Part shown: positions 16,689 to 26,805 of the stretch, piece by piece
Layout: every line of letters starts with the position of its first letter
Numbering within the stretch: position 1 is the stretch's first letter
Origin: Deltaproteobacteria bacterium
GTDB lineage: Bacteria; Myxococcota_A; Polyangia; Polyangiales; Houyiibacteriaceae
Direction: 5' to 3'
Assembly: GCA_034670305.1 (NCBI GenBank)
Contig: JAXMNT010000062.1
Location: 1-40,141 of the forward strand
Length of the DNA: 40,141 nucleotides
Notes under the pieces: generated by a model
Database searches by the model: none
What the model saw: only the letters and a program-made list of their open reading frames with translations
What the model was told of the DNA's origin: nothing
Translations under genes and position numbers: made by a program

Positions 16689-19600
16689 CTAAACCGCCAG
16701 GAGCACCGCTTCGGTTGGGAGGCCCGTGGCTTCGGCGATCGCGGTGGCGTAGAGGCGGACTTGGGCGACGTACTCGGGCGGCGCGCCAGCGCCGAGGTCG
16801 GTCTTGTAGTCGACCACGGTCCATACGGAGTCGCCGAAGGGGTCGTCTTCCAGGAAGGCGAGGTCCACCACGCCTTCGATCACCACGCCGTCGTCCGCGA
16901 GGTTCGTGACCGCGACTTCGCGGCGGCAGTTGGGCGAAGCGGCGGCGCGCTCGAAGATCGGATGTTTCAGCGCGACCCCGACCGACTGGGCGGCCGCTTC
17001 GACTTCCGCGTCGGTCGCGCCGAGTAGCCGCGCGTGGGTGCGGGCCAGCGTGTGGATGATGGGCGCCTCGGCGTCGAAGGGGATCTCGGCCAGCACCGCG
17101 TGCACCAAGGTCCCAAACCGCGCGCCGCGCGGCCGGTCCTCCCGCCAGGCGCCGGTCTGAAGCGTCACCACCTCGCCCGGTTCGTGGTGTGCGAGCGCGC
17201 GGGTGCGCACCGTCTCGGCGGGCGCACTCGGAGCCGACGCGCGGGCCCGGGTCTTCGCGCCCACCTCCAGCCAGCGGGAGAGCGTCGCCCGCGAGCGCTC
17301 CGTGCGCTGGGTCTGTGGTCCGCCCGCGAGCAGCTTCTCCCGCGCCATCCCAGTGCGCGGCGGCAGCGAAAGCGCGAGCGCGGCCGGGTTCCACCAGACC
17401 ACGTCGAGTCCGAGCTCCGAAGTGTGTCGGCCCGCCTGGGTCTTTGTCGGCGGCCAGCGAAGATCCGGCCGGGCGAGCACCGTGTCGCCACCCACCGGTT
17501 CGAAACATCCGGGCGCGGCCTTCGGCACCGCCTTCGCGGGTGGGTAGAGCGCAGACCAGAGCGGCGCGAGCCACCGGTCCTCGAGGTGCATCTTCGAGAA
17601 CTTGCCGTCCGGCCGGTCCCCGACGATCGGCACGACGAGCAAGTCGCGGGCACGCGTCGCCGCCACGTAGAGCACCCGTTTGCGCTCCGCCGCGTCCGCT
17701 TTCAGCACCTCTTCGGCGTGGTCGAGCAGCTCGGCGGGTGCGGCGTTGCACAAACTCGTGGCCCAAAGACGCCGGTCGGCATCCACGTAGCGCGAGGGGT
17801 ACCCATGGTCTGCTTTGGCGGTCGGGTCGCAGAGAATGACCACCGGCCACTCGAGCCCCTTCGCCTTGTGCACCGTCATCAACCGGACCCCGGCCCCGCC
17901 GGTCGCACCCACGCCGGACGGCTGCTCGGCTTCCTGTTCGAGCCACTCGACGAACGCGCGGAACGACGTCGCGCGGTGGGTCTCGAACACCCGCGCGCGG
18001 TCGAGCAGGTGCGCCACGCCGGCGAGCGCCTGCCGCGGCCCGGCCCGAAACGCGAGGCCGGCGTGCGCACGGGTGGCGCTCAACCACGCATCCAAGGTGT
18101 CGGCGACCGGCTGCCGGTTGCGCATCAGATGCAGCTCGGCAAGCAGGTCGAGCACTTCGGCGATCGGCCGCGCGAACTCCGGCAACTGGTCCATCGTTCG
18201 AGGCGCATCCGGGAAGGGTTGCAGGCGGCCGACCTCGTTCACGTAGCGCAGAAGATCTTCGTCGTAGAAGCCGATGAACGGGCCGCGCAACACCGCGTAG
18301 ACCTCGAGCTCGTCGTCGGGCCACTCCACCGCCGCGAGCACCCGGCGCAGCCCATGGATCTCTTCGCGGTCGTGCAGCGAGCGGCCCGCGTGTGCGACGT
18401 GGGCGATGCCGCGGGCTTCCAAGGCGCGCACGTAGGGGAGCGCGTGGTCCTTCCAGCTGCTCGCCATCCGGGTGAAGAGCAGACACACATCCGATGCTTC
18501 CAGCCGGCGCGCATCGGGACCGGTCGTGTAGCCACTCTTGCGCAGCAGCCAATGCACGTAGGCCGCAACGGCATCCGGTGTGCTCTCTTCGATTGCGTTG
18601 AACTGTGGGTAGTCCCGCTCCCCGTAGACCGAAGGGATCGGCAGCGCGACCACGCCGGGCAACCCATCGGTGCGCTCTTCACGCGCTTGGCCGAGGGGGA
18701 CGTGCGCCGCTTGCACGCCCGGTTCCCCGCTGCCGAAGATCGGTTCGAATGTGCCGTTCACCATCGCCTGGATGGAAGGCACCGCCCGGAAACTCTTGCT
18801 CAGCTCGAGCACCTCGCCACCCGCGTCGAGCACCGCCGCGCGCACTTTCTCGTAGACCGCGACGTCCGCGCGCCGGAACCGGTAGATCGCCTGCTTCGGA
18901 TCCCCGACGGTGAACAGCTTGCCGGGCACGAGCGGAAGCCGCGTCCAGAGCGGCCCGGGTCCCTCGCGCACGCCCTCCTCGGTGCTGCACAAGAGCACGA
19001 GGATCTCGGCCTGCACCGGATCGGTGTCCTGGAACTCGTCCACGTACACGTGGTCGAACCGTTCGCGCAGGGTGTTCCGTACGTCGGGGTTCGAGACCAA
19101 GAGATCCCGGGTGCACGAGAGCACGTCGAGGAAGTCGATCACGCCCGCCTGCCGCTTCAGCGCTTCGTACACGCCGAGCACCGCGCTCAGCTCGAGCTGC
19201 AGGCACGCGGCCAGGTCGCGCTCCGCCGCGTCCACGAACGCGTCCAGCCGATCGCGGAACCCATCCCGCAGCGCTTTGGCTTCGTCGCGCGTCATGGTGC
19301 CGTACTTCCTGCCGCGGCCCTTCCAGTTCATGGCTCGGTGCGAACGAAGCGCGCGCAGCTCCGCCTCGAGCCGATCCTCGTCGTGGGCCGCGCCGTCGTC
19401 GTCCCCCCGCGCCCGCCGCCGCGCACGCGCTTCGGCGCGGGCATCGGCGGCCGCCACCACTTCGAGGATCACCTCGAAGCTCTGCCGCAGGTAGTCGTCC
19501 TCTTGCTGGCAGATCGTGGCGAGCGGCGCGACCCCTCGCGCCGCGTCCAGCACCGCTTCCATCGCGGCGGCGCGGTCGAAGGGCGGGCGTGCCCAGGTCG

Positions 19601-20237
19601 CGTCGAAGTCCCGGTGGGAGACGAGCGTGCGTGCGGCCCCGCGAAGGAGCTCGCTCGGCGAACTCATCGAGCTGCCCCAGCGGCGAAGGCAGAGCACCCG
19701 GCGGATGCCTTCCGGCGGGTCCTGCAGCGAGGCGCGGAACACCTGATCAAACGCGCGATCGGCGAGCGCGTCCGCGTCCTCTTGATCGATGAGCTCGAAG
19801 TCCGGGTCGAGCACGGCTTCCACCGGCCGCTGCCTCAGCAGATCGAGACAGAAGGAATGGATGGTGCCGATGGCCGCGCCCTCGAGCGCGCGCACCCCCG
19901 CGAGCAGGTGCCGCCGGACGGCGGCGTCCGATGTTCCGTGGCGGGCGCGTTCGAGTTCTTCCCGCAGCCGCAGCCGGAGCTCGCCGGCCGCTTTGTCGGT
20001 GAAGGTCACCGCCGCCATGCGGTCGAGCGCGCGGCCCTGGCGCACGGACTCGACGATGCGCGCGATGAGCGCGGTGGTCTTGCCGGTGCCGGCGGCCGCT
20101 TCCACCAAGAAGGTCGTGTCGATCTCGGTCGCGATGCGGTGGCGCGCCTCCGCGTCCCGGCGGGCCCGCTCGGCCACGACCTCCGGGCGAACGTGCGTGC
20201 CGCTGTCCGGCGTCTCGGGTTCGTCTTCGGTGCTCAT
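16689..20237 (-). CDS. addA: ATP-dependent helicase/nuclease subunit A (UvrD-type helicase + PD-(D/E)XK nuclease)
   Basis: EAAAGTGKTT, VTFTDKAAGEL, GTIHSFC, VDEFQDTD, VGDPKQAIYRFRRAD, MTVHKAKGLEW, LYVAATRARD, GVVDL...DYKT. ATG at 20237 overlaps the addB stop. Confidence 0.92.
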   Translation of the reverse strand: MSTEDEPETPDSGTHVRPEVVAERARRDAEARHRIATEIDTTFLVEAAAGTGKTTALIARIVESVRQGRALDRMAAVTFTDKAAGELRLRLREELERARHGTSDAAVRRHLLAGVRALEGAAIGTIHSFCLDLLRQRPVEAVLDPDFELIDQEDADALADRAFDQVFRASLQDPPEGIRRVLCLRRWGSSMSSPSELLRGAARTLVSHRDFDATWARPPFDRAAAMEAVLDAARGVAPLATICQQEDDYLRQSFEVILEVVAAADARAEARARRRARGDDDGAAHDEDRLEAELRALRSHRAMNWKGRGRKYGTMTRDEAKALRDGFRDRLDAFVDAAERDLAACLQLELSAVLGVYEALKRQAGVIDFLDVLSCTRDLLVSNPDVRNTLRERFDHVYVDEFQDTDPVQAEILVLLCSTEEGVREGPGPLWTRLPLVPGKLFTVGDPKQAIYRFRRADVAVYEKVRAAVLDAGGEVLELSKSFRAVPSIQAMVNGTFEPIFGSGEPGVQAAHVPLGQAREERTDGLPGVVALPIPSVYGERDYPQFNAIEESTPDAVAAYVHWLLRKSGYTTGPDARRLEASDVCLLFTRMASSWKDHALPYVRALEARGIAHVAHAGRSLHDREEIHGLRRVLAAVEWPDDELEVYAVLRGPFIGFYDEDLLRYVNEVGRLQPFPDAPRTMDQLPEFARPIAEVLDLLAELHLMRNRQPVADTLDAWLSATRAHAGLAFRAGPRQALAGVAHLLDRARVFETHRATSFRAFVEWLEQEAEQPSGVGATGGAGVRLMTVHKAKGLEWPVVILCDPTAKADHGYPSRYVDADRRLWATSLCNAAPAELLDHAEEVLKADAAERKRVLYVAATRARDLLVVPIVGDRPDGKFSKMHLEDRWLAPLWSALYPPAKAVPKAAPGCFEPVGGDTVLARPDLRWPPTKTQAGRHTSELGLDVVWWNPAALALSLPPRTGMAREKLLAGGPQTQRTERSRATLSRWLEVGAKTRARASAPSAPAETVRTRALAHHEPGEVVTLQTGAWREDRPRGARFGTLVHAVLAEIPFDAEAPIIHTLARTHARLLGATDAEVEAAAQSVGVALKHPIFERAAASPNCRREVAVTNLADDGVVIEGVVDLAFLEDDPFGDSVWTVVDYKTDLGAGAPPEYVAQVRLYATAIAEATGLPTEAVLLAV

Positions 20238-23200
20238 TTGAGCCCTCGCAGCGTCTCGATCGGACCGAGCCGCGCCCGGTCGGTCTTGCGCGCCAAGTGG
20301 ACCAACACGTCCGGACCGCACACCGGTTGGTAGTCGCAGTACCGGCACTCCCCGTCGATCGGCGCCGGTGGGAAGAACGCTTTGTCGCGGCTCCACCGAA
20401 GCACTTCGGGCACCTTCGCGACCACCGCGCGCGAGCGCGCGTCCAGCGCCGCGTCGACCACCCGGAACCCGCCGCGCGAGGTGCAGTAGTAGAGCCGCCC
20501 GCCCACCACCTGGATCTCGCCCTCCACCAGCGTGCCCCCGAGCGCTTCGAGCACCGCCGCGTAGAGCAGAGGCTGCAGCGCGCGGCCCCCCCCGATGGTC
20601 AGGTCGTCTTTCATCCACTGCGGCTTGCGGCCGGTCTTGCTGTCGGTCGCCCGAAACATCGTCACTGGCTCGAGCTCTTCTCCGGTTGGCATCCGCGCTT
20701 CGACCAGATCGATGGAACCGCGCAGCCGGATCCCGAGCTCCCGCAGCTCCACCGGTTCGGAGACACTGCGCGGATCCCGCCGGGTACCGCGGGTGATGCC
20801 GAAGGAGAGTTCGAACGCGAGCGGCTCCCAGCTCGGGTCCGCGTGCAGCCGCGAGAGCCACTCGTGCAGGTCCTGGCGGATGACCTCGACCGCGCCTTCC
20901 CAGACGCGCGGAATGGCCGGCGCGAGTTCTTCCGCATACTCGGCGGCCACCTCGGCGATGGTCTCGTCGAGCACGTCGCGCGCGGCGGCGAGCGCTTCGG
21001 CCGTCAAGAGCGGCAGCGCGCCGCGTTCGCGAAGCGCCATCAACACATCGAACTGGATGTCATGGATCATCGAACCGCGCTGGAGCGGATCGAGATCTTC
21101 GATCGCCTCGGGCACCTCGCGCGGCGAGAGTTTGAACACCGAATAGAGCGCGAACTGGTACGGGCACTTCGCCAGCCGCTGCAGCGCGGTGGGTGAGTAG
21201 ACCTTCGTCTCGAACGCGAGCACGTCGAGGTGCGGTCGCGCTTTCGGATCCCGGACCACGAGACCGTCCGCGCGCGACCAGGCCGCGCCGAGCCGCCCGT
21301 GCCTTTGTCGCAGCGCACGCGCCAGATGCGGGCTCTCGTCGAGCAAGTAAGCCATGCCGCCTTCGCTCTCGTCCGCGTGCACGAGCTGCCGCACCATCGC
21401 CAGATCGAACTCCGCTTCGTCGATGGCCTCGAGCGGATCCCGCGGCGCTGGCCATCCGATGCCCGCCGCCGACGCCCCACGCGCGGCGTCCGCGAGCGCT
21501 TGGTACGCGGGCAGCTCGCCCCACACGGCGCGTGCGACCTCCAGCGCATGCAGCGAAGGGACCCGAGGCCGACCCTTCTTCAAGTCGATCTCCGGCCACG
21601 ACACGACGACTTCGCGGCGCGCCATGCCGATGGCCAACGCGAGCGCCAACCGTTCTTCCGCGAGCTTCGAGTCCCGCGTGGCGAGATCGACGCTCAGCGA
21701 CCGACGCCGCTCGTCCGAGAGGAGTGGATCGACGAGCACCTTCGCCGGGAAGCTCCCCTCCGCCAAACCCGGTACGAAGACGACATCCGCTTCGAGGCCG
21801 CGCGCTTCGTCCGTGCCGACGACCAGCACTCCGTCGCCCGTCGCTTCCCGGTCGACCAACTGGGTGAGCCGCGACTCGAGCACGACCTGCACTTCACCGA
21901 GACCGACCGGTCCGACCGGACCGAGCGGCGCGAGCTCCCCGAGCACCTGCAGCACCCGCTCCGGGGTCGCGAGCGCGCGGCCAGCGAGCCGCTCCAGCGA
22001 CGCGAGCCACTCGGACCAAGGCGCCGACTCGGGCAGCTCCGCGAGCGCGTCGAGCAGCGGCAGCGCGAACGTGCGCAGCTCTCGCAGCTGCGTCCGGTGG
22101 ATCTGGAGTGAACTGCGCCGCGGATCGTCGGGCACGAGCGAATCGATCTTCAGCTCGAGCTCGCGGTCGTGGCGGTCCAGGCGCCGCTCCCACCGCGCGC
22201 GCCCACCGATGACCACCGCGTCGACGAGGAACTTCTCCCACTCGCGCGGCAGCCGGACCATGCGTCCCTTCGGCGCCTCGAAGAGATCTTCGAGACCGTC
22301 GGTTCGGGTCAGCGTCTGGAAGGGCAGCAGATCCGGATCCGGACGCACCCACCCGATCTCCCGATCGGGATCGGCCGGCGCGACCGCCAGGGAAAGGTAC
22401 TCCGCGAACGCGCGCGCCGAGTAGCCCTCGCGCTTGCAGGTCAAGAGCGCCAAGAGCGCGCGACCGGTCGGATCCGGGCGCACCGTACCCGGCGTGAGTC
22501 GAAGGGGAATCCCGGCGCGGCGGAACACCTCGCCGAGGTGCGCGCGGTATTGCGTGGGCGCCCGCAGCACGATCGCCATCCGGTCGAAGGGCACACCGGC
22601 CTGGGCATGTCGGAGCACCCGGCGTGCGATCTCGATGCACTCGGCGCTCTCGCCCGGCGCCGCCAAGAGCACCACGCCCTCGTCGTCGGCGCCGTTGGAT
22701 CCGGCGGACGCGTCGCTGCTCGACGCGGCCGAAGCGTCTTCGAAGAGTCCGTCGTCTTCCACCTCCGCGAAGAGCCGCGACTGAAGCCGGCCGAGCGCGC
22801 CCTCGGCGAGGCTCGGCAAGCGCGTGGGCTCGGGCCGGCCGAGGTCCGAGAGCACGCGCTGGGTCGGCAGATCGCGTTCGGCGGCACAGACGAACGCATC
22901 TCGACCGGAGGTCAGCGCGTCGATGAGCCGGCCTTCGAGCCCGTGGGTCAGACCGACATCCACCCAGAGCACCGCGTCGAGCGGCGCCGCTGCCGCCGCG
23001 TCCACCGCTTTCCGGAGCGCATCCGCCCGGTCGGCGAGCTGGGCCGAGCGAAGCCCGGCGTCGAACCGCTTGGTGAGTTCGGCGAGGTCGGGTTCGAGCG
23101 CCCGCAGATCCTCTTCGTTCAACTCCGTCAGGCGCAGTTCACGCAGCGTGTTCGCGAGCGCCCGAGCGAACCCCGGGAACGACTCAACCGGCGCAAACCG

Positions 23201-23530
23201 CGACGGGTTCGGCGAGGTTTCGCCCGACAGCCGCGCGTGCACCACCCGCGCCGCGATCGCCTCCGCACCAAGGCGGCTCGTCGGGGTGCGCCCATCCGCC
23301 GCGAGCGGCACCAGCGCCAGCCGAGCGATCAGCGCGCCGTAAGAGAGCGGCTCCCACCCGAATGCGGCTTTGTTCTGCGCCCGCACCACCGAGCGCACGA
23401 GCGACGCCGACGCCTCGCGGGTCGCCCCAATGACCCAGACCCGCTCGGTGGTCGGCCGCGCCTTGAGCCACGCCCGCGCCGCATCGAGACGGGAGGGGGC
23501 ATCGGGGCTGACGACGTAGGTCCAGGACAT
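20234..23530 (-). CDS. addB: ATP-dependent helicase/nuclease subunit B (PD-(D/E)XK nuclease with Fe-S cysteines)
   Basis: Degenerate helicase body (ARGLEADVVFVPGLAEGSFP), SPTALQRLAKCPY, RGSMIH, RGSIDLVE...DSKTG, C-terminal CRYCDYQPVC. ATG at 23530. Confidence 0.88.
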   Translation of the reverse strand: MSWTYVVSPDAPSRLDAARAWLKARPTTERVWVIGATREASASLVRSVVRAQNKAAFGWEPLSYGALIARLALVPLAADGRTPTSRLGAEAIAARVVHARLSGETSPNPSRFAPVESFPGFARALANTLRELRLTELNEEDLRALEPDLAELTKRFDAGLRSAQLADRADALRKAVDAAAAAPLDAVLWVDVGLTHGLEGRLIDALTSGRDAFVCAAERDLPTQRVLSDLGRPEPTRLPSLAEGALGRLQSRLFAEVEDDGLFEDASAASSSDASAGSNGADDEGVVLLAAPGESAECIEIARRVLRHAQAGVPFDRMAIVLRAPTQYRAHLGEVFRRAGIPLRLTPGTVRPDPTGRALLALLTCKREGYSARAFAEYLSLAVAPADPDREIGWVRPDPDLLPFQTLTRTDGLEDLFEAPKGRMVRLPREWEKFLVDAVVIGGRARWERRLDRHDRELELKIDSLVPDDPRRSSLQIHRTQLRELRTFALPLLDALAELPESAPWSEWLASLERLAGRALATPERVLQVLGELAPLGPVGPVGLGEVQVVLESRLTQLVDREATGDGVLVVGTDEARGLEADVVFVPGLAEGSFPAKVLVDPLLSDERRRSLSVDLATRDSKLAEERLALALAIGMARREVVVSWPEIDLKKGRPRVPSLHALEVARAVWGELPAYQALADAARGASAAGIGWPAPRDPLEAIDEAEFDLAMVRQLVHADESEGGMAYLLDESPHLARALRQRHGRLGAAWSRADGLVVRDPKARPHLDVLAFETKVYSPTALQRLAKCPYQFALYSVFKLSPREVPEAIEDLDPLQRGSMIHDIQFDVLMALRERGALPLLTAEALAAARDVLDETIAEVAAEYAEELAPAIPRVWEGAVEVIRQDLHEWLSRLHADPSWEPLAFELSFGITRGTRRDPRSVSEPVELRELGIRLRGSIDLVEARMPTGEELEPVTMFRATDSKTGRKPQWMKDDLTIGGGRALQPLLYAAVLEALGGTLVEGEIQVVGGRLYYCTSRGGFRVVDAALDARSRAVVAKVPEVLRWSRDKAFFPPAPIDGECRYCDYQPVCGPDVLVHLARKTDRARLGPIETLRGLK

Positions 23531-23583
23531 GCGCTGAGTCTGCCACGGAGTTGTGACGTTTGTTTTCGTTCCGAGAACGATCG

Positions 23584-24381
23584 TTACAAACGGCCTGAGT
23601 CTCCGGTGGATTCTCCACCGTCCAAGTCGGCGGCGTCCAGGTCGCCGGGGACCGCCGCGTCCTCGTCCAGGCCGCCGTCTGCCCCTGCATCGGGGTCGAA
23701 CGCTGCGTCGAGTTCGAACGCTGCATCCATCCCTGCGTCTGTGCCTGCGTCCGTGCCCGCGTCCGTGCCCGCGTCCGTGCCCGCGTCCACGCCGCCGTCC
23801 GGGATGGGGGCGTCGCTGCGCACGCACACGCAGTAGTCCGAGATGTGGCCGGTCTCCGCGCAGTCGAGCGGGGGCAGTTCCAGGTTGGGTGCGCACATGC
23901 CGTCGATGTTGTCGAAGCTCTCGCCGCAGCGCAGACCAAGCCGCGCACACGCGGTGGGGCAGCCCGTCCCGTCGGCGACATCCAGCGAACAGCTCTCGTC
24001 GGTTTGGTCGCACAAACTCCATCCGGCGGGCTCGACCCCACTGCAGTCGACCGGCCCAGCGGCATCCTGCGCGGCATCGATCGGACCGCTGTCCTCGCCA
24101 CCGTCGGGCACATCGGGACAGGAACAGGGCGCGAAGCCATCGCCTGTGGGCACACACGTTTGGGTCCCCGCCGCTCCGCCGCAGGTGCACATCTGGGTTG
24201 CACCGGGGGTGCACCGTTCACGCACCATGCAGTGGGCGTTGATGCAGACTTCGCCGGCCTCGCAATCGTCCGGGCTCGAACAGCCGCTGTCCGGGGGCGG
24301 CCCCGAACAACCGACCAGGACGCCGAGCGCCAGCGAGAGGCATCCCGTCCTCAGCGACAGGAACCGGTTCGATGCGAACAT
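23584..24381 (-). CDS. Cys-rich lipoprotein (paralogue of the N-terminal half of the upstream pectate-lyase-like protein)
   Basis: Lipobox LVGC. CSSPDDCEAGEVCINAHC, CTPGATQMCTC, CSGVEPAGWSLC...GHISDYCVC. DAG-rich tail. Confidence 0.85.
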   Translation of the reverse strand: MFASNRFLSLRTGCLSLALGVLVGCSGPPPDSGCSSPDDCEAGEVCINAHCMVRERCTPGATQMCTCGGAAGTQTCVPTGDGFAPCSCPDVPDGGEDSGPIDAAQDAAGPVDCSGVEPAGWSLCDQTDESCSLDVADGTGCPTACARLGLRCGESFDNIDGMCAPNLELPPLDCAETGHISDYCVCVRSDAPIPDGGVDAGTDAGTDAGTDAGTDAGMDAAFELDAAFDPDAGADGGLDEDAAVPGDLDAADLDGGESTGDSGRL

Positions 24382-24462
24382 GCGGAATGTTGCGCCGATT
24401 GAACCGGCCCGACAACCGTGGAATCGCCCGGCGTATGGGCCTCGCGGTCCGAGAACGAGCCG

Positions 24463-26040
24463 TCAGCTCGGAAAAGGGACGTCCTGCCAGCCGGCCTCGG
24501 CGACGATGCGCGTCTCGAGCGCGTCGTCCGCCGCGTCGAGCGTGTACTCGTAGAAGTCGCGGGCATCGAAGACGCCGGACGGGTCGTTGGACGCGTCGAG
24601 GGTGGCGCCGCCACGCAGGACGTCTTCGAACGAGCGGTAGCTGCCCGGCACGGTGACCGCGCCACCGGTGCGCGAAATGAGGGCGGTGCCCCCGGAGGTC
24701 GCGACGTAGATGTTGCGTTCGGAGAGCAGGTGTCCCTCTTGCGAGACCCGGCCGCCGGAGGACGCGAACCGGATGTAGTTGTTGTACGAATGAACCCGCC
24801 CACGGGTGCGCGGGTGACGCTCGCGGTTGTCGGTGAAAAGGTTGTGGTGGAACGTGACGAAGAGTTCCGGATACGGCATGGCGCCGCCGCCGACGAGGGT
24901 CGCGTAGCCGTTGTCGCGCAGGTGGCACCACGAGACGGTGACCGTCGGACCGTCGATGCCGAGCAGCTCGTCGTCGACGTCGCTGAGCGAGAGGTGGTTC
25001 AGCCACACGTTGCGGGCGGTGGGCCCGACGTGCACTCCGTCGGAAGTCGCGTTCTCGATGAAGAGGTGCGTCAGAAAGACGTTCGACGAATCGATGTCGA
25101 CCACGTGCGACGCGCTGCCGCGCAGGGTGACGCGCTGTCCGCGCCCGTCGATGGTGGTGTTGTCCGGCACGTTGGCCGCAACCGTGATGACCCCGGACAC
25201 ATCGAAGACGATCCAGCGGCCGGGCGCGGACAGGCAGTCGCGAAGCGAACCGGCGCCAGTGCTCGCGAGGGTGGTCACCCTGCAGAGCGCGCCGCCCTGA
25301 CCGCCAGTCGTCGCCGCGCCGAAGCCTTCGACCTCGTCGAGGATGCACTCCCACGGTCGGGTGGGCGGACAACTGCCGCCGCCCCCAGCGTCCATGCCGC
25401 CCGCGTCGACGTCGCCCGCGTCCACGTCCATACCGGCGTCTTCACGGCCAGCGTCGACGCCCGCGTCACCAGCGTCGCCACGGACACAGACGCAGTAGTC
25501 CGAGATGTGTCCTGTGTCCGCGCATTCGAGCGCAGGCAGGGTGCGGTCGGCCGCGCACATGCCGTCGATGTTCTCGAAGCTCTCCCCGCAACGAAGGCCG
25601 AGCGCCGCGCACGCGGCGGGGCAGCCGGTGCCGTCCGACACGTCGATCGAACAGCTCGACGCGGTCTCCTCGCAGAGGCTCCAGCCGGCGGGCTCCACGC
25701 CGGTGCAGTCGACCGGTCCCGCATCGGGCGTACCAGCGTCGCGCGAACCGCTGTCTACGGACCCGCTGTCGGGCGCGTCCGAACACACGCATCGCCCGAA
25801 ACCTTCACCGCTCGGCCCGCACTCCTGGGCGCCAGTGAGGCCGTCGCACGTACACGCTCGCGTCTCTCCGGGGGTGCAGATCTCTCGAGGAGAACAGTCG
25901 CCGTTGATGCAGACCTCACTGGTCTCGCAATCCGATTCGCTGGTGCAGCGGTCGTCGGGCGGGGTGTCCGAACAACCCAGCATTCCGAGAAGTAGACCAG
26001 CGGTGAGAACGAACGCGTGCGTAGAACGAAACGAGAGCAT
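24463..26040 (-). CDS. Cys-rich lipoprotein with C-terminal pectate-lyase-like (PL1) beta-helix domain
   Basis: Lipobox MLGC. EGFGAATTGG, GSLRDCL, WIVFDVSGVI, TIDGRG, VWLNHLSL, TFHHNLF, RHPRTR, HSYNNY. Confidence 0.85.
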   Translation of the reverse strand: MLSFRSTHAFVLTAGLLLGMLGCSDTPPDDRCTSESDCETSEVCINGDCSPREICTPGETRACTCDGLTGAQECGPSGEGFGRCVCSDAPDSGSVDSGSRDAGTPDAGPVDCTGVEPAGWSLCEETASSCSIDVSDGTGCPAACAALGLRCGESFENIDGMCAADRTLPALECADTGHISDYCVCVRGDAGDAGVDAGREDAGMDVDAGDVDAGGMDAGGGGSCPPTRPWECILDEVEGFGAATTGGQGGALCRVTTLASTGAGSLRDCLSAPGRWIVFDVSGVITVAANVPDNTTIDGRGQRVTLRGSASHVVDIDSSNVFLTHLFIENATSDGVHVGPTARNVWLNHLSLSDVDDELLGIDGPTVTVSWCHLRDNGYATLVGGGAMPYPELFVTFHHNLFTDNRERHPRTRGRVHSYNNYIRFASSGGRVSQEGHLLSERNIYVATSGGTALISRTGGAVTVPGSYRSFEDVLRGGATLDASNDPSGVFDARDFYEYTLDAADDALETRIVAEAGWQDVPFPS

Positions 26041-26109
26041 TCGGAATGTTGCCCCCGAACGGACCGCAGCGGGAGCACTTGAATCGGGCGGTGTACGGGG
26101 GCCGAGTCC

Positions 26110-26634
26110 TCAGCCGGTCATCGCAGGAGCGGCAGCGTGCAGCCCACGGCGTTCGGCGATGCCGTCGCGCGGCACCCCCAGAGAGACCCGCAAGTCGCCG
26201 AGGTTCATCGCGAGCAGGTCGTCGTAGTCGCGCCCGTCGTCGAACAGGTTGCGGCCTCCGCCGGACCGCCGAAACGCGCGGATGGTCCGAATCGGCGCCA
26301 TCACAAACCCGGAGGTCCCGGCCAACAGAACGATCAGCGTGACGTAGAGGTCCAGCCCGCGCAGCCCCCGGCGGACCTCCCAGGCGGAGATTTCGCCCTC
26401 TCCGGCGAGGTCGGTCCCGAACCCGGTGATGGCGTGGTGCAGGTCGTGCAGCCGCAGCGCGCGGGCGTGCGCCTTGGTGTTCGGCACATAGAACTTCAGC
26501 TTCCACACCGCGACTTCGGTGAAGCGCTCGGTGTAGCTCGCCTTGGTGAACCCGTTCTCCCGAAGATAGGTCTCGAGGGCCTGGGCCACGGACCAATCGG
26601 CAGGATAGGGACCTCGAATCGCTCCGTCGGTCAT
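26110..26634 (-). CDS. Coq4-like HDxxH metal-binding protein
   Basis: LHDLHHAITGFGTDLAGEGEISAWE matches the Coq4-type HDxxH...GE motif. One hydrophobic helix. Confidence 0.65.
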   Translation of the reverse strand: MTDGAIRGPYPADWSVAQALETYLRENGFTKASYTERFTEVAVWKLKFYVPNTKAHARALRLHDLHHAITGFGTDLAGEGEISAWEVRRGLRGLDLYVTLIVLLAGTSGFVMAPIRTIRAFRRSGGGRNLFDDGRDYDDLLAMNLGDLRVSLGVPRDGIAERRGLHAAAPAMTG

Positions 26635-26805
26635 GCTCTGAGGGTGGGGTCAGACGCGGCCGGTTGGAAGGAGAACGACCTTACAAATCCGGGAGAAGGA
26701 CGCTTGTCGTGACCGGCTGGTCAACGAATCCGTCGATGGGAGCGGGGGATTCGAACATTGACCGATGTCGCCATTCGCCGTATCGCGGCGGGCAAGGAAC
26801 CCCCC

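Noticed and set aside
16689-23530. Helicase-nuclease pair as a novel anti-phage system
   Set aside because: Gene order, sizes, motifs and the four AddB Fe-S cysteines fit the ordinary AddAB recombination complex.
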